Assembly: GCA_001873435.1 (NCBI GenBank)
Contig: MNZB01000003.1
Coordinates: 6,427-70,426 of the forward strand
DNA: 64,000 bases
Source of the DNA: Candidatus Pacebacteria bacterium CG2_30_36_39
GTDB taxonomy: Bacteria > Patescibacteriota > Microgenomatia > UBA1400 > PJMF01
Direction: 5' to 3'
Shown here: positions 28,033 through 36,926 of the stretch, piece after piece
Layout: every line of letters begins with the position of its first letter
Position numbering within the stretch: the stretch's first letter is position 1
Notes under the pieces: model-generated
Database searches by the model: none
What the model saw: only the letters and a program-made list of their open reading frames with translations
Told to the model about the DNA's origin: nothing
Translations under genes and position numbers: made by a program

Positions 28033-28731
28033 TTAGGTAGTTTCAATTTCAACTTTAACACCTGGACTCATGGAGGCTGAAAGAGCCATACGGACCACTT
28101 TGCCTTTAAGAGCTTTGAGTAAAGCTTCAACATTTTCTACGATTTTTTTACTGTCTAAAGAGACTTTGCCTACATTAACATGCATTAATGGGGCTTTGCG
28201 CTCAGCTTTAATCATTTGTTTGCCGGCAGAAAGTTCTTTAACAGCTCTTTCTGGATTTGGGGTTAAGGTGCCGTTTTTTGGATTTGGCATTAAGCCTTTT
28301 GGACCCAAGACGCGAGCAAATTTGGCTAGTTTTGGCATGAATTGAGGTGAACTTACCAAAATATCAAAGTCAATGGTACCAGCTTCAATGTCAGCTAAAA
28401 CTTTATCATCAACGATAACAACTTTTTTGGTTTTACCTGCTTGATGGGGCATAATTACTTCTACAGTAATACCTTCTTCTTTAACAGCTAACTCGGCTGT
28501 GATGGTGCCATCAAATGATGTGTAAGAAAGTTTTTTAACTAGTTCAACAGCAGCTAGCAAATCGTATTTTTTAGTTTTATCAACTTTTGATTTGACTGCA
28601 GCATATTTTTTGCTGTGAACACGAACTTTGACTTTCTTAGCTTCTTTTTCTGCCTCAGCTTCAGGAGCTTCAACGATTTTGACGTTGATTTCTTGACTGG
28701 ACATATCGACGTTGTGATTTGTGCTACCCAT
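28033..28731 (-). CDS. rplA: 50S ribosomal protein L1
   Basis: DFDILVSSPQFM, LGPKGLMPNPKNGT, SMSPGVK. Confidence 0.96.
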   Translation of the reverse strand: MGSTNHNVDMSSQEINVKIVEAPEAEAEKEAKKVKVRVHSKKYAAVKSKVDKTKKYDLLAAVELVKKLSYTSFDGTITAELAVKEEGITVEVIMPHQAGKTKKVVIVDDKVLADIEAGTIDFDILVSSPQFMPKLAKFARVLGPKGLMPNPKNGTLTPNPERAVKELSAGKQMIKAERKAPLMHVNVGKVSLDSKKIVENVEALLKALKGKVVRMALSASMSPGVKVEIETT

Positions 28732-28735
28732 GAGA

Positions 28736-29161
28736 TTATTCCTTTACCTGTATTCCCATACTACGAGCTGTGCCAGTTACGCTGTTGATAGCGCTATCTA
28801 GACTATTAGTGTTCAAGTCTGGGAGTTTTTCTTGAGCAATTTCTTTAACTTGAGCCATTGTTAGAGTTCCAGCAGAAACTCTACTTGGAGTGCCACTGCC
28901 TAATTTTAGGTTTAAAGCTTTTTTGATCATGTTAGAAACTGGGGGGAGTTTCAAAACAAAAGTAAATGATTTGTCTTGGTAGACTGTGATTTCAGCAGGA
29001 ATAACTTGTCCACGTTTGTCTTTGGTGGCGTCATTATATTGCTTTAAGAAATCCATCATATTAATACCAGTTTGACCAAGAGCTGGTCCAACGGGAGGGG
29101 CTGGAGTTGCACTGCCAGCTTGGAGGTTTAGTTTGAGAATTTGTTTTACTTTTTTTGCCAT
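28736..29161 (-). CDS. rplK: 50S ribosomal protein L11
   Basis: AGSATPAPPVGPALG, GTARSMG. Confidence 0.98.
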   Translation of the reverse strand: MAKKVKQILKLNLQAGSATPAPPVGPALGQTGINMMDFLKQYNDATKDKRGQVIPAEITVYQDKSFTFVLKLPPVSNMIKKALNLKLGSGTPSRVSAGTLTMAQVKEIAQEKLPDLNTNSLDSAINSVTGTARSMGIQVKE

Positions 29162-29217
29162 ATATTCCTTAAATTTCTGCTTGAGTTATTTCAGACTCGC
29201 TATTTTAACACACCAGT

Positions 29218-29850
29218 CTAGACTTTCTGAACTTGTAAGAAGTCCATTTCTACTGGAGTCTCGCGACCAAAAATATTAATTAACACTTTGACTTGACCTT
29301 TTCCTTCATCAATAGAATCGACTGTGCCTAGGAAGTCAGCAAATGGGCCATCAGTAATTTTAACAGCTTCTCCCTCAACAAAGTCAGCTTTGAATTGAGG
29401 TTCTGCTTGATCCATATATTTTTGAATTGCTTCAACTTCATGACGTGGTAGAGGAGTTGGTTTGCTACTCATGCCAACAAAGCCAGTTACACCTTGAGTG
29501 GTGCGAACTGCCAACCAAGCATCATCAGTCATTTCCATTTGAACCAACATGTATCCTGGGAAGATTTTTTCTCTCACAGTTTTGCGTTGACCACGACGGA
29601 TTTGAATTTTTTCTTGACTTGGAATTAAAACAGTTAGAACTTTATTGGTTAAGTGAAGGGTTTGAGCACGTTGTTTTAAGGCTTCAGCAACTTTTTTCTC
29701 ATGACCAGAATAGGCGTGAACTACATACCAACGAGCTTTTTTGTTTTCTTCTGCAGAAATGATTACAAGGTTTGGTGAATCAACCTGAACTTCTTGTTGT
29801 TCTGGAGGAGCAATTACTTGATCAGCTGGTTGTTTTGTGTTGTCAGTCAT
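29218..29850 (-). CDS. nusG: Transcription factor NusG
   Basis: WYVVHAYSGHE, FPGY, GVTGFVG, KOW motif DGPFADFLG, IFGRETPVE. Confidence 0.98.
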   Translation of the reverse strand: MTDNTKQPADQVIAPPEQQEVQVDSPNLVIISAEENKKARWYVVHAYSGHEKKVAEALKQRAQTLHLTNKVLTVLIPSQEKIQIRRGQRKTVREKIFPGYMLVQMEMTDDAWLAVRTTQGVTGFVGMSSKPTPLPRHEVEAIQKYMDQAEPQFKADFVEGEAVKITDGPFADFLGTVDSIDEGKGQVKVLINIFGRETPVEMDFLQVQKV

Positions 29851-29856
29851 ATTTTT

Positions 29857-30039
29857 TTACCTTAGTACAATACTCATAAGTCTGGCAAAGACATAGTCTA
29901 AGCCACCTATATAGAGAGCTGCGGCAGCAGTTATACCAATTACCAAGAGAGTAAGCTCATAGGTTTTTTGCTTGGTAGGCCAAGAAACTTTCTTGAGTTC
30001 TTGGATCACTTCCCGGAAGTATTGGAGAAGTCTCTGCAT
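29857..30039 (-). CDS. secE: Preprotein translocase SecE
   Basis: ELKKVSWP + single TM, upstream of nusG. Confidence 0.95.
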   Translation of the reverse strand: MQRLLQYFREVIQELKKVSWPTKQKTYELTLLVIGITAAAALYIGGLDYVFARLMSIVLR

Positions 30040-30265
30040 AGACAGAGTATTCTATCAGAAAATATTAAATCTTTCAGAGGGAGTTTTTCAGGTTTTTCGA
30101 GGGAAGGTTAAAAATGATGATGTTGGCTATTTGCTCTCTCTGGAATTGAAATGTAGTATACTGCGTGTATTCTTTTTTAAATAAAAGAATTTTTCTTGGT
30201 TGATTTTTAAAAATATCATCTGAGAAATATAGTATTAAATCATGACAATCTAATAAGGAAAAATC

Positions 30266-31180
30266 ATGCTTTCACCAGATAAAAAAGTGCGCAAGGCTAT
30301 TATCACTGATGCTGGTTTTGCTAGTCGCTATTTGCCCATTACTAAGACTGTGCCCAAAGCAATGTTGCCATTGGGTAATCGTCCAATTATGCAGTTCGTG
30401 ATAGAGGAATGTGTTGAAGCCGGTATTGAGGAAATTATCATCGTAGCTACCCCAGAAGGTAAGCCTATTTATGAGGATTATTTCAATAATAATGTTAATC
30501 GTATTCGCAAACAGCTTTCTGCCCAAGGAAAAGATGAGCGTTATGCTTCTGTGCAAGAGGTTTTAGATTTTCCAAAAATTACAGTAATTACTCAAGATCC
30601 AAGCTTGCCTTATGGCAATGGTTCTCCTATTGCTTCAGCCAAGCCATTTGTTGAGGGTGAGGTAGCATTTTTGGCAATGTATAGTGATGATGTAGTTTTT
30701 GGTCGTCCTGGTTCAGCTAAGACTTTAGTTGATACTTATGAAAAGTATTCTGATGCTAGTGCCGTAATTATTGTTGAGGATTTGCCACGAGAAGAAATTT
30801 CTAAATATGCTTCTGTTTCTTTGAAAGCAGGTAAATATTCTGATAAAGGAGAAAATGTATTGGTAGATATAGTTGAAAAGCCAAAGGCTGAGGAAGCACC
30901 AACTACTTTGGCTTCATATGGTAGATATTTATTGACTCCAGAAATCTTTGAGTATCTGAATGCTGGCAATACTGGTAAAGATGGCGAGCTTTGGACTGCT
31001 GACGCCATTGGTCGCTTGTGTAAAGAGGGTGGTAAAAAAGTTTTGGTGGCTAAAAGCAATACCAAATGGATGACCACTGGTGATCCAGAAAATTATTTTA
31101 AAGCTCATCTCAAATATGTTTTAGAGTATGAGGATTATGGTAAAAAGGTAGCTGGGTGGTTGCAAGAACTCACTAAATAG
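30266..31180 (+). CDS. GalU-like sugar-phosphate nucleotidyltransferase
   Basis: KAIITDAGFASRYLPITK..PK.MLP, IVEKP, GRYLLTP, GELW.AD. Confidence 0.88.
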   Translation: MLSPDKKVRKAIITDAGFASRYLPITKTVPKAMLPLGNRPIMQFVIEECVEAGIEEIIIVATPEGKPIYEDYFNNNVNRIRKQLSAQGKDERYASVQEVLDFPKITVITQDPSLPYGNGSPIASAKPFVEGEVAFLAMYSDDVVFGRPGSAKTLVDTYEKYSDASAVIIVEDLPREEISKYASVSLKAGKYSDKGENVLVDIVEKPKAEEAPTTLASYGRYLLTPEIFEYLNAGNTGKDGELWTADAIGRLCKEGGKKVLVAKSNTKWMTTGDPENYFKAHLKYVLEYEDYGKKVAGWLQELTK

Positions 31181-31209
31181 GGTCATAATTAGATAATAAG
31201 TAGAAATCA

Positions 31210-31258
31210 AAAAGGCCAGTCCAACACCAATCGGTGAAGGGCTGGTTTTTTCTTTTTT
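31210..31258 (+). terminator. Terminator after the galU-like gene
   Basis: GGCCAGTCC...GGGCTGGTT plus T run. Confidence 0.7.
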
Positions 31259-31314
31259 ACTCGAGAATACCGCTTGTTGTCACTATGTTTTTATAGTATC
31301 TTAAACATAGATCT

Positions 31315-31469
31315 TTAACAGTCATGCGGGAGGGGTTAGAACATTAAAATTTCTCAACAGCTTGTTTTAGGGCTCATGAGAAGTATTGCAATCTCGTGGG
31401 GTTGCGATCGCTCTGCCCACCTTGGAATTTCCGGGGAAAACAGTTCTGCCCCTCGCGCGTGGCTGTTAA
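31315..31469 (+). ncRNA. Structured ncRNA, 6S RNA-like rod
   Basis: 31315-31342 pairs with 31443-31469 (about 26 bp including G-U pairs), central bubble, apical hairpin 31385-31408; GC-rich island in an AT-rich intergenic region. Confidence 0.7.
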
Positions 31470-31593
31470 TACAAACAACTGATTGTTTATTTCAAGTTTC
31501 CAGTTCTTACTTGTGGGTTTGTTATTTATTCTTATAATATGTGAATTCTGTATTGCTTCTTTTTGAGGTACAATACATGACGTTAAGATTGAT

Positions 31594-31666
31594 GCCTTTG
31601 TAGCTCAGGTGGCAGAGCGCAGTCTTGGTAAGACTGAGGTCTCGGGTTCGAACCCCGACAAAGGCT
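31594..31666 (+). tRNA. tRNA-Thr(GGT)
   Basis: GCCTTTG/CAAAGGC stem; CAGTC-TTGGTAA-GACTG; GGTTCGAACCC. Confidence 0.96.
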
Positions 31667-31702
31667 CATGGTTTAGCTCTTTAATTTTGTTGTTGTATAA
31701 AA

Positions 31703-31785
31703 GCCAAGGTACTGAAGTGGTCAAACAGGGCAGTCTGTAAAACTGCTGGCATACGCCTTCGTAGGTTCGAATCCTTCCCTTGGCA
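31703..31785 (+). tRNA. tRNA-Tyr(GTA)
   Basis: GCCAAGG/CCTTGGC; GCAGT-CTGTAAA-ACTGC; long variable arm. Confidence 0.95.
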
Positions 31786-31794
31786 CTTTTTTGT

Positions 31795-31867
31795 GCCAAC
31801 TTAGCTCAGTTGGTAGAGCAACGGTTTTGTAAACCGTAGGTCGTGGGTTCAAGTCCCACAGTTGGCT
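31795..31867 (+). tRNA. tRNA-Thr(TGT)
   Basis: GCCAACT/AGTTGGC; ACGGT-TTTGTAA-ACCGT; GGTTCAAGTCC. Confidence 0.96.
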
Positions 31868-31891
31868 CAGTGACTTAAAATTTACTTTCTA

Positions 31892-31915
31892 AAAGCGCGG
31901 CAGACCGCGTTTTTG
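31892..31915 (+). terminator. Terminator after the tRNA cluster
   Basis: AAAAGCGCGG-CAGA-CCGCGTTTTT. Confidence 0.7.
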
Positions 31916-31973
31916 CAAAAATAACTAAGAATAGGTGTGATATAATACCTGCCTATTATATTGAGGAGACTAT

Positions 31974-32177
31974 ATGGCAAAGAAGAAAAAAGGACCACGT
32001 CAGATCGCAGGTTTACAATGTACAGTTTGTAAACATTTTGGTTACGTGACCGAATATAACAAGAATAATGACATCTTGATGAAACAAACTGAAGGAAAGA
32101 GTACTTTTCCAATCAGTAAGTATTGTAATGTTTGTAAAAAACACACTGAACACAAGATGATGAAGAAATTAAAATAA
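31974..32177 (+). CDS. rpmG: 50S ribosomal protein L33 (Zn-binding type)
   Basis: LQCTVC..Y.TEYNK.N, KYCNVCKKHTEH; GAGGAG SD. Confidence 0.93.
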   Translation: MAKKKKGPRQIAGLQCTVCKHFGYVTEYNKNNDILMKQTEGKSTFPISKYCNVCKKHTEHKMMKKLK

Positions 32178-32199
32178 TTTTTTCTTTAAAATTGACAAG

Positions 32200-32228
32200 A
32201 AAAACCCCACCATTACGGTGGGGTTTTA
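32200..32228. terminator. Bidirectional terminator
   Basis: AAAAACCCCACC-ATTAC-GGTGGGGTTTT. Confidence 0.85.
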
Positions 32229-32243
32229 AGTTTCTCTAACTAT

Positions 32244-33635
32244 TTATCTAGATAATTTTATTACTGCTTTTAAGATATTTATTGCTCCAACTCTAAATAA
32301 CTTATCCTGTTTTTCAATGGTTCTAGCCATGTGTTGAGCATTTTGCAACCAAGATGTTTTTGTTGGAGCGGAGTGAGTAATAGAATCTAGTTGTTTGACT
32401 ATCTCATTCAAATCAGCTTCTTGTGATATTTCGTGTTTTTCAAATTTTAAACGAATATTATGTTCCCATTCTCCCCATTCAGCTAAGGTTAACAGAGCCG
32501 CACCACTAGCAATAGCGTCGTATGCCATATCACCAGAAGGTTTGCTAATAAACAAATCAGCCCATGGGAAGCCATAGGCAATTAAAAGTTCATTAGCATC
32601 GATGATTTGTGGATGATAAATAACACTTATTTTTGTATTGATTCTTTTATGAACCTCTTTTTTCAGAGTAAGGGCTTTGCCAATTTCAAATTGTGCTGGG
32701 TCGATAGGGTTGATCTCGGTGTATGAGATATCAGCTTTTCTTGCCTTTTCAATGACTAGATCCTTAATATCAGTATGAGTCCCAGCATAGACCATTAGTT
32801 CAAAACGGGCCTGTGGGCCTTGCATTTCTGGTAATAGTTTATCGATGATCTTGGCTATTTCTGGCTTATTAGTTCCTAGTCCTCCAGTGGTTAGACATAT
32901 TTTTAGAGAACGATTAGAGTTCCATGGAGCTTTGTGGTTTCTGGCTTCTAAAACGCGGGGATCAATAGGTGGTCCAGTGACAATTACTCTGTCTGGATCA
33001 ACGTTTTTACCTAGTTTTTCAGCTTTTTCTAAAAATTCTTTTTTAGTGTTTTCATCAAAAACCCCGTAGAAAGCATGAATTTTATCGCATTGAGCTAAGT
33101 AGTCTTCTCTTACATGAGGATCAGTTACCATCTGGAAAACTGTTTTTCCTTCAGCCAACATGATGTTTCCAGCTGCAATGTGGAAAGATAAGATTGGTTT
33201 TTTAATGTTTTCAGTAAGCTTGATTAGCGGAGGAGTGATGCTTTCCAAGATGGGTAGTTTTTGACGACCAAATTTATCTACAATATCTTTGAGACTTTTT
33301 AGCATGGGATAGCGAGCTAAGATTTTACCAATTGTGTCTGTAAAAACGATACTACCCCATTTTTTTCCAGCAACGTAGTTTGTGGGGTCTACTAACCAGG
33401 CTTCTTGTGGGTCTAGTTTGTTTTTCCAGGCTTCGGCAGCTACTCCAATAGCCATAGAGTAGTGGGCCCTAGAAAGAACGATGTCTTGTAATAAATCGTT
33501 CTCTGGTAAGTGGTGTAGGCCTTTAAGATCTTCTTTGTATGTTCCAGAGACGGTGATAATTGGGACTTTTGTAGTTTTTAGATATTTAGCATCAAGCTTT
33601 TTAGTCTGACGCAGGGATGGGGTGAGACTGGGCAT
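32244..33635 (-). CDS. GT-B fold glycosyltransferase-like protein (MGDG synthase/GT28-like)
   Basis: VTDPH, VTGPPID, LTTGGLG, ADLFISKPSG motifs. Confidence 0.6.
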   Translation of the reverse strand: MPSLTPSLRQTKKLDAKYLKTTKVPIITVSGTYKEDLKGLHHLPENDLLQDIVLSRAHYSMAIGVAAEAWKNKLDPQEAWLVDPTNYVAGKKWGSIVFTDTIGKILARYPMLKSLKDIVDKFGRQKLPILESITPPLIKLTENIKKPILSFHIAAGNIMLAEGKTVFQMVTDPHVREDYLAQCDKIHAFYGVFDENTKKEFLEKAEKLGKNVDPDRVIVTGPPIDPRVLEARNHKAPWNSNRSLKICLTTGGLGTNKPEIAKIIDKLLPEMQGPQARFELMVYAGTHTDIKDLVIEKARKADISYTEINPIDPAQFEIGKALTLKKEVHKRINTKISVIYHPQIIDANELLIAYGFPWADLFISKPSGDMAYDAIASGAALLTLAEWGEWEHNIRLKFEKHEISQEADLNEIVKQLDSITHSAPTKTSWLQNAQHMARTIEKQDKLFRVGAINILKAVIKLSR

Positions 33636-33713
33636 GTATTTAGCCTAGATGTTTTCTAGATGGACGACAAGTGGAAGTTTTATTATGATTTTACGGTATA
33701 ATTGCACTCTATT

Positions 33714-33784
33714 AGGGCCATAATGTAATGGTAGCATGAGGGTCTCCAAAACCCTTCGTCAAGGTTCAAGTCCTTGTGGCCCTG
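33714..33784 (+). tRNA. tRNA-Trp(CCA)
   Basis: AGGGCCA/TGGCCCT-G; AGGGT-CTCCAAA-ACCCT; GGTTCAAGTCC. Confidence 0.95.
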
Positions 33785-33828
33785 CAAATTTCTATGTTTT
33801 TAATTTTCATTTATTTAAAAATTAAACA

Positions 33829-34068
33829 ATGCGATACAACGTCAAAATTAAATATAATTTAGTCTCTGACCCAGAAGGATCTCTAAGAAGGGAATTTAAT
33901 TGTTTAACACCTTCTGTTATTGGTGCGTTTAATGCGCAAGAACATGCGGTAGATGTTTTAAATGAGGAGTTGGGTACTACTATTTCTGACCTTAGAGAAG
34001 ATATGGGGATTGAAATAGAACCAGCATCAACCATCGAGGGCGCTCAAAGTGGTGGGAAAGAAACGTAA
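33829..34068 (+). CDS. Hypothetical protein
   Basis: 79 aa ORF. Confidence 0.55.
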   Translation: MRYNVKIKYNLVSDPEGSLRREFNCLTPSVIGAFNAQEHAVDVLNEELGTTISDLREDMGIEIEPASTIEGAQSGGKET

Positions 34069-34073
34069 TATTT

Positions 34074-34250
34074 TTACCCTGGTAAAGAAGTTAGTTTTTT
34101 TAACTCTTTTTCTAAATTTTCTTTAAGTGCGACTTGTTCTTCTTCATCAAGAGAAGGATAGAGATCTGCCCAAAAAAACAGTTCGTCGCGATCATCTCCC
34201 AGAGCTATTAATTGTTCTACTAGAGTTTTAATTGATTGATCATTGTTCAT
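34074..34250 (-). CDS. Small hypothetical protein (58 aa), missing from the ORF track
   Basis: MNNDQSIKTLVEQLIALGDDRDELFFWADLYPSL...; overlaps the end of the upstream gene. Confidence 0.7.
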   Translation of the reverse strand: MNNDQSIKTLVEQLIALGDDRDELFFWADLYPSLDEEEQVALKENLEKELKKLTSLPG

Positions 34251-34773
34251 TATTTTTATCTTTTTTAAACCAAAGACCCTTGCTTTTTTCTATCCACTTT
34301 AGCGTTACATCTATACCAGCTCTAAGTTTGGGATTAGTTTCTTCATTTTTTTCCATTGCCTTTTGAAGAACTGGAATTGCTAGATCAGGACCATACATTG
34401 CAAGCCAGGCCAACCATGAAGCAGTATATAGACCGCCAGCAACTGGCCTAAGTTGTTCACTGAATACAGTTGGATAAGTTATGAGACCAGTTGTGACAAT
34501 AACAATATTCATAATGCGACCAAGAGGAGTTAATTCTTGATTTCCGACTGTAGTTTTACCCCTTAGTGCTTCTAAAGATAGGGTAAGATATGAACCTATC
34601 GAGGCATTAAAAACAGCCATAGCAGCACGTTGTAACTGTTTATTTTCTGCCCATTTTTTAGCTATTTTTTTAAATAAATCTAGCCGCTCTTCTTGAGATT
34701 GTTCTATCTCTTTTTTTCTTATGGCTTCTGTTTCATGTGATGGAACTTCTTCCATAGGTAAATTTTCATCCAT
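34240..34773 (-). CDS. Hypothetical membrane protein
   Basis: 177 aa, 2-3 hydrophobic segments. Confidence 0.7.
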   Translation of the reverse strand: MDENLPMEEVPSHETEAIRKKEIEQSQEERLDLFKKIAKKWAENKQLQRAAMAVFNASIGSYLTLSLEALRGKTTVGNQELTPLGRIMNIVIVTTGLITYPTVFSEQLRPVAGGLYTASWLAWLAMYGPDLAIPVLQKAMEKNEETNPKLRAGIDVTLKWIEKSKGLWFKKDKNNEQ

Positions 34774-34831
34774 AACTTCAGTTTAACAAAATGGGTGATT
34801 AATTGGATAGTAAGTTATAGAATGAACAGAG

Positions 34832-35251
34832 ATGAATGATTTAGTATTCAATTCACTAATTCCAGAATTATCAGTATCTAGCTTTAAAAACAGCTTAGAT
34901 TTTTACTGCAATATCTTAGGATTTAAAATAGAATATCAACGCAAAGCAGATAAATTTGCCCTCATTTCACTAGAAGGTTCTCAGCTAATGATTGAAGAAA
35001 TTAATAATCATTGGCAAGTTGGTGAAATGCAAAAACCATTTGGTAGAGGAGTTAACTTTCAAATTGAAGTTAAAAAAATTCAGCCACTCTTAGCTTCATT
35101 GGCAAAAAACAACCTCAAACTCTTTAAAGAAACAATGGAAAACTGGTATCGTCAGGATGATAAATTATTGGGTAATAAAGAATTTCTTATTCAAGATCCA
35201 GATGGCTATTTATTAAGATTCAGTGAAGATTTGGGTAAAAAAAATCTTTAG
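34832..35251 (+). CDS. VOC/glyoxalase (bleomycin-resistance-like) protein
   Basis: LIPELSV, SLDFY..ILGF, PFGRGVNFQ, EFLIQDPDGYLLRF. Confidence 0.93.
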   Translation: MNDLVFNSLIPELSVSSFKNSLDFYCNILGFKIEYQRKADKFALISLEGSQLMIEEINNHWQVGEMQKPFGRGVNFQIEVKKIQPLLASLAKNNLKLFKETMENWYRQDDKLLGNKEFLIQDPDGYLLRFSEDLGKKNL

Positions 35252-35289
35252 AGCTATAATATTGTGGAACAAATAAAAAGGAATAACTT

Positions 35290-35511
35290 ATGAATGAAAC
35301 ATTAAACTCAGCAGCAGCTTGTTTACAGGCAGCAGAAGAAGCCAGTTGTGATGAGCTTGCAGACATAATGAGAGCAGTTAATAACTTAGGCCTTGGATAT
35401 GAATCAGCCTCGGCTCTTTTGCAAAACGTTCTAACTGCACATGCAATTGGAGATCATTGCGACAGCGAAGATGCTCATGCTGAAGTTCGTTCTATTTATT
35501 TGAAAATATAA
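35290..35511 (+). CDS. Hypothetical protein
   Basis: 73 aa, AAGGA SD, TATAAT upstream. Confidence 0.6.
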   Translation: MNETLNSAAACLQAAEEASCDELADIMRAVNNLGLGYESASALLQNVLTAHAIGDHCDSEDAHAEVRSIYLKI

Positions 35512-35541
35512 TTAATTTTAACAGTCATATATACTGTTTGA

Positions 35542-36423
35542 ATGTGGTTTGTTTTTGCGCTAATCTCAGCCCTTGTCTATTCGTTTAGAAGTATCTTAGA
35601 AAAATGGTCATTAAAAAAAGTTAACCCTTATATTCTAGCCTTTTCTGTTCGTTTTTTTGCTTTACCACTATTCACCTTGCCATATTTATTTGGCATTGCC
35701 AAATTACCAATATTAACTGAAGTGAGCTCCAGTTTTTGGTGGTCTGTAATTTTAGTTTCACTAATTATGACTCCAGTAGAAATGATTTTTTTCTATAAGG
35801 CACTAAAAACAGAAGAAGTGAGCTATGTAGCACCACTCCTGGGACTAAGCCCTTTAATAACAGCTTTCTTTGGCGCTCTTTTCTTTAAAGAATATCCTAG
35901 CCCAATGGGCATTATCGGAATGATCATCATTATTATTGCTCTATATTTACTCAACACTCAAAAACAACAAAAAAACATTTTGGAACCACTCAAACATTTG
36001 TTTAATAATAAAGCCTTTAGATACATCATTATTATGATGTCATCTTATTCATTAGGAATTTTAATTGACAAACTAGCAATTACCTCAGCAGACATCTTTT
36101 TCTATTCATTAATAAACTACAGCTTTGTTTCTATAGTATTGTTTTTAATTGCTTTAATTAAAGCTCCTAAGGAACTAGGAGAAGTACGAGCTAATATTTT
36201 ACCTTTTGGAATAATTGGTGCGGTTGTTGCCAGTTATACATGGCTAAGGTTTTTGGCTTTAGAAAGAGGTAACGCTGGTTATGTCTCGGCTGTTTTGTCA
36301 TCTAGTGTGCTTTTTTCCACGATTATTGGGGCAGTATTATTTAAAGAAAAAAACCTAACTAAAAAGTTTTTTATTGGAATTCTAATCTTAATTGGTTTGG
36401 CTATGATCAAGTTATCAAACTGA
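35542..36423 (+). CDS. EamA/DMT family transporter
   Basis: ALKTEEVSYVAPL, FFKEYP, LFKEK; 10 TM. Confidence 0.9.
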   Translation: MWFVFALISALVYSFRSILEKWSLKKVNPYILAFSVRFFALPLFTLPYLFGIAKLPILTEVSSSFWWSVILVSLIMTPVEMIFFYKALKTEEVSYVAPLLGLSPLITAFFGALFFKEYPSPMGIIGMIIIIIALYLLNTQKQQKNILEPLKHLFNNKAFRYIIIMMSSYSLGILIDKLAITSADIFFYSLINYSFVSIVLFLIALIKAPKELGEVRANILPFGIIGAVVASYTWLRFLALERGNAGYVSAVLSSSVLFSTIIGAVLFKEKNLTKKFFIGILILIGLAMIKLSN

Positions 36424-36666
36424 GGGAAAAACTCCCATAGCGGCAAGCTCTGTTAAGAACATATGTTTAAAAGCCATTAAAAAAGTCAACAAATCAGTTG
36501 ACTCTGTTAGGCGTAGAACCTCTGCTAAAATCTGTTGATCTGAAAAACTAGTGAAAGGCTCTCTTTTTTCTTTATAGAGATTCCTTTGTTCTTCAGAAAG
36601 AGTTATTTTGGCAAACCTTGCCATTCCATCTGCTTGCGAACCCATACTGTCGTATATTGGACTCAT
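36415..36666 (-). CDS. Hypothetical protein
   Basis: 83 aa ORF. Confidence 0.55.
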   Translation of the reverse strand: MSPIYDSMGSQADGMARFAKITLSEEQRNLYKEKREPFTSFSDQQILAEVLRLTESTDLLTFLMAFKHMFLTELAAMGVFPSV

Positions 36667-36746
36667 ACTATTAATAGTAACAGATTATTGATCTTTTTTG
36701 ATATTGTATAATTGCTTTATTAAAATAACTATTAATGAGGACTACT

Positions 36747-36908
36747 ATGGGAGAAGAAACCTATCAAGCCATTGAAAGCACTAGAGCAATTTTGGGTGAA
36801 AAATGGAAAGAATATTGGTTAAAAGTTTTAAAACCAGAAGTAATTACTGCTTATTTAATCTGGACAGGCGAAGAAAAAGCCGAAGAACCAACTACCAAAG
36901 AAGAATAA
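36747..36908 (+). CDS. Small hypothetical protein (53 aa), missing from the ORF track
   Basis: MGEETYQAIESTRAILGEKWKEYW...; GAGGA SD, TGTATAAT upstream. Confidence 0.6.
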   Translation: MGEETYQAIESTRAILGEKWKEYWLKVLKPEVITAYLIWTGEEKAEEPTTKEE

Positions 36909-36926
36909 TTTTAGTTCAGGTATTTT

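Noticed and set aside
31310-31321. boxA-like GATCTTTAACA before the tRNA cluster
   Set aside because: The bases form part of the long ncRNA closing stem and there is no rRNA nearby; a dual role cannot be excluded
31605-31799. 64-aa minus-strand ORF
   Set aside because: Antisense to tRNA-Thr and tRNA-Tyr
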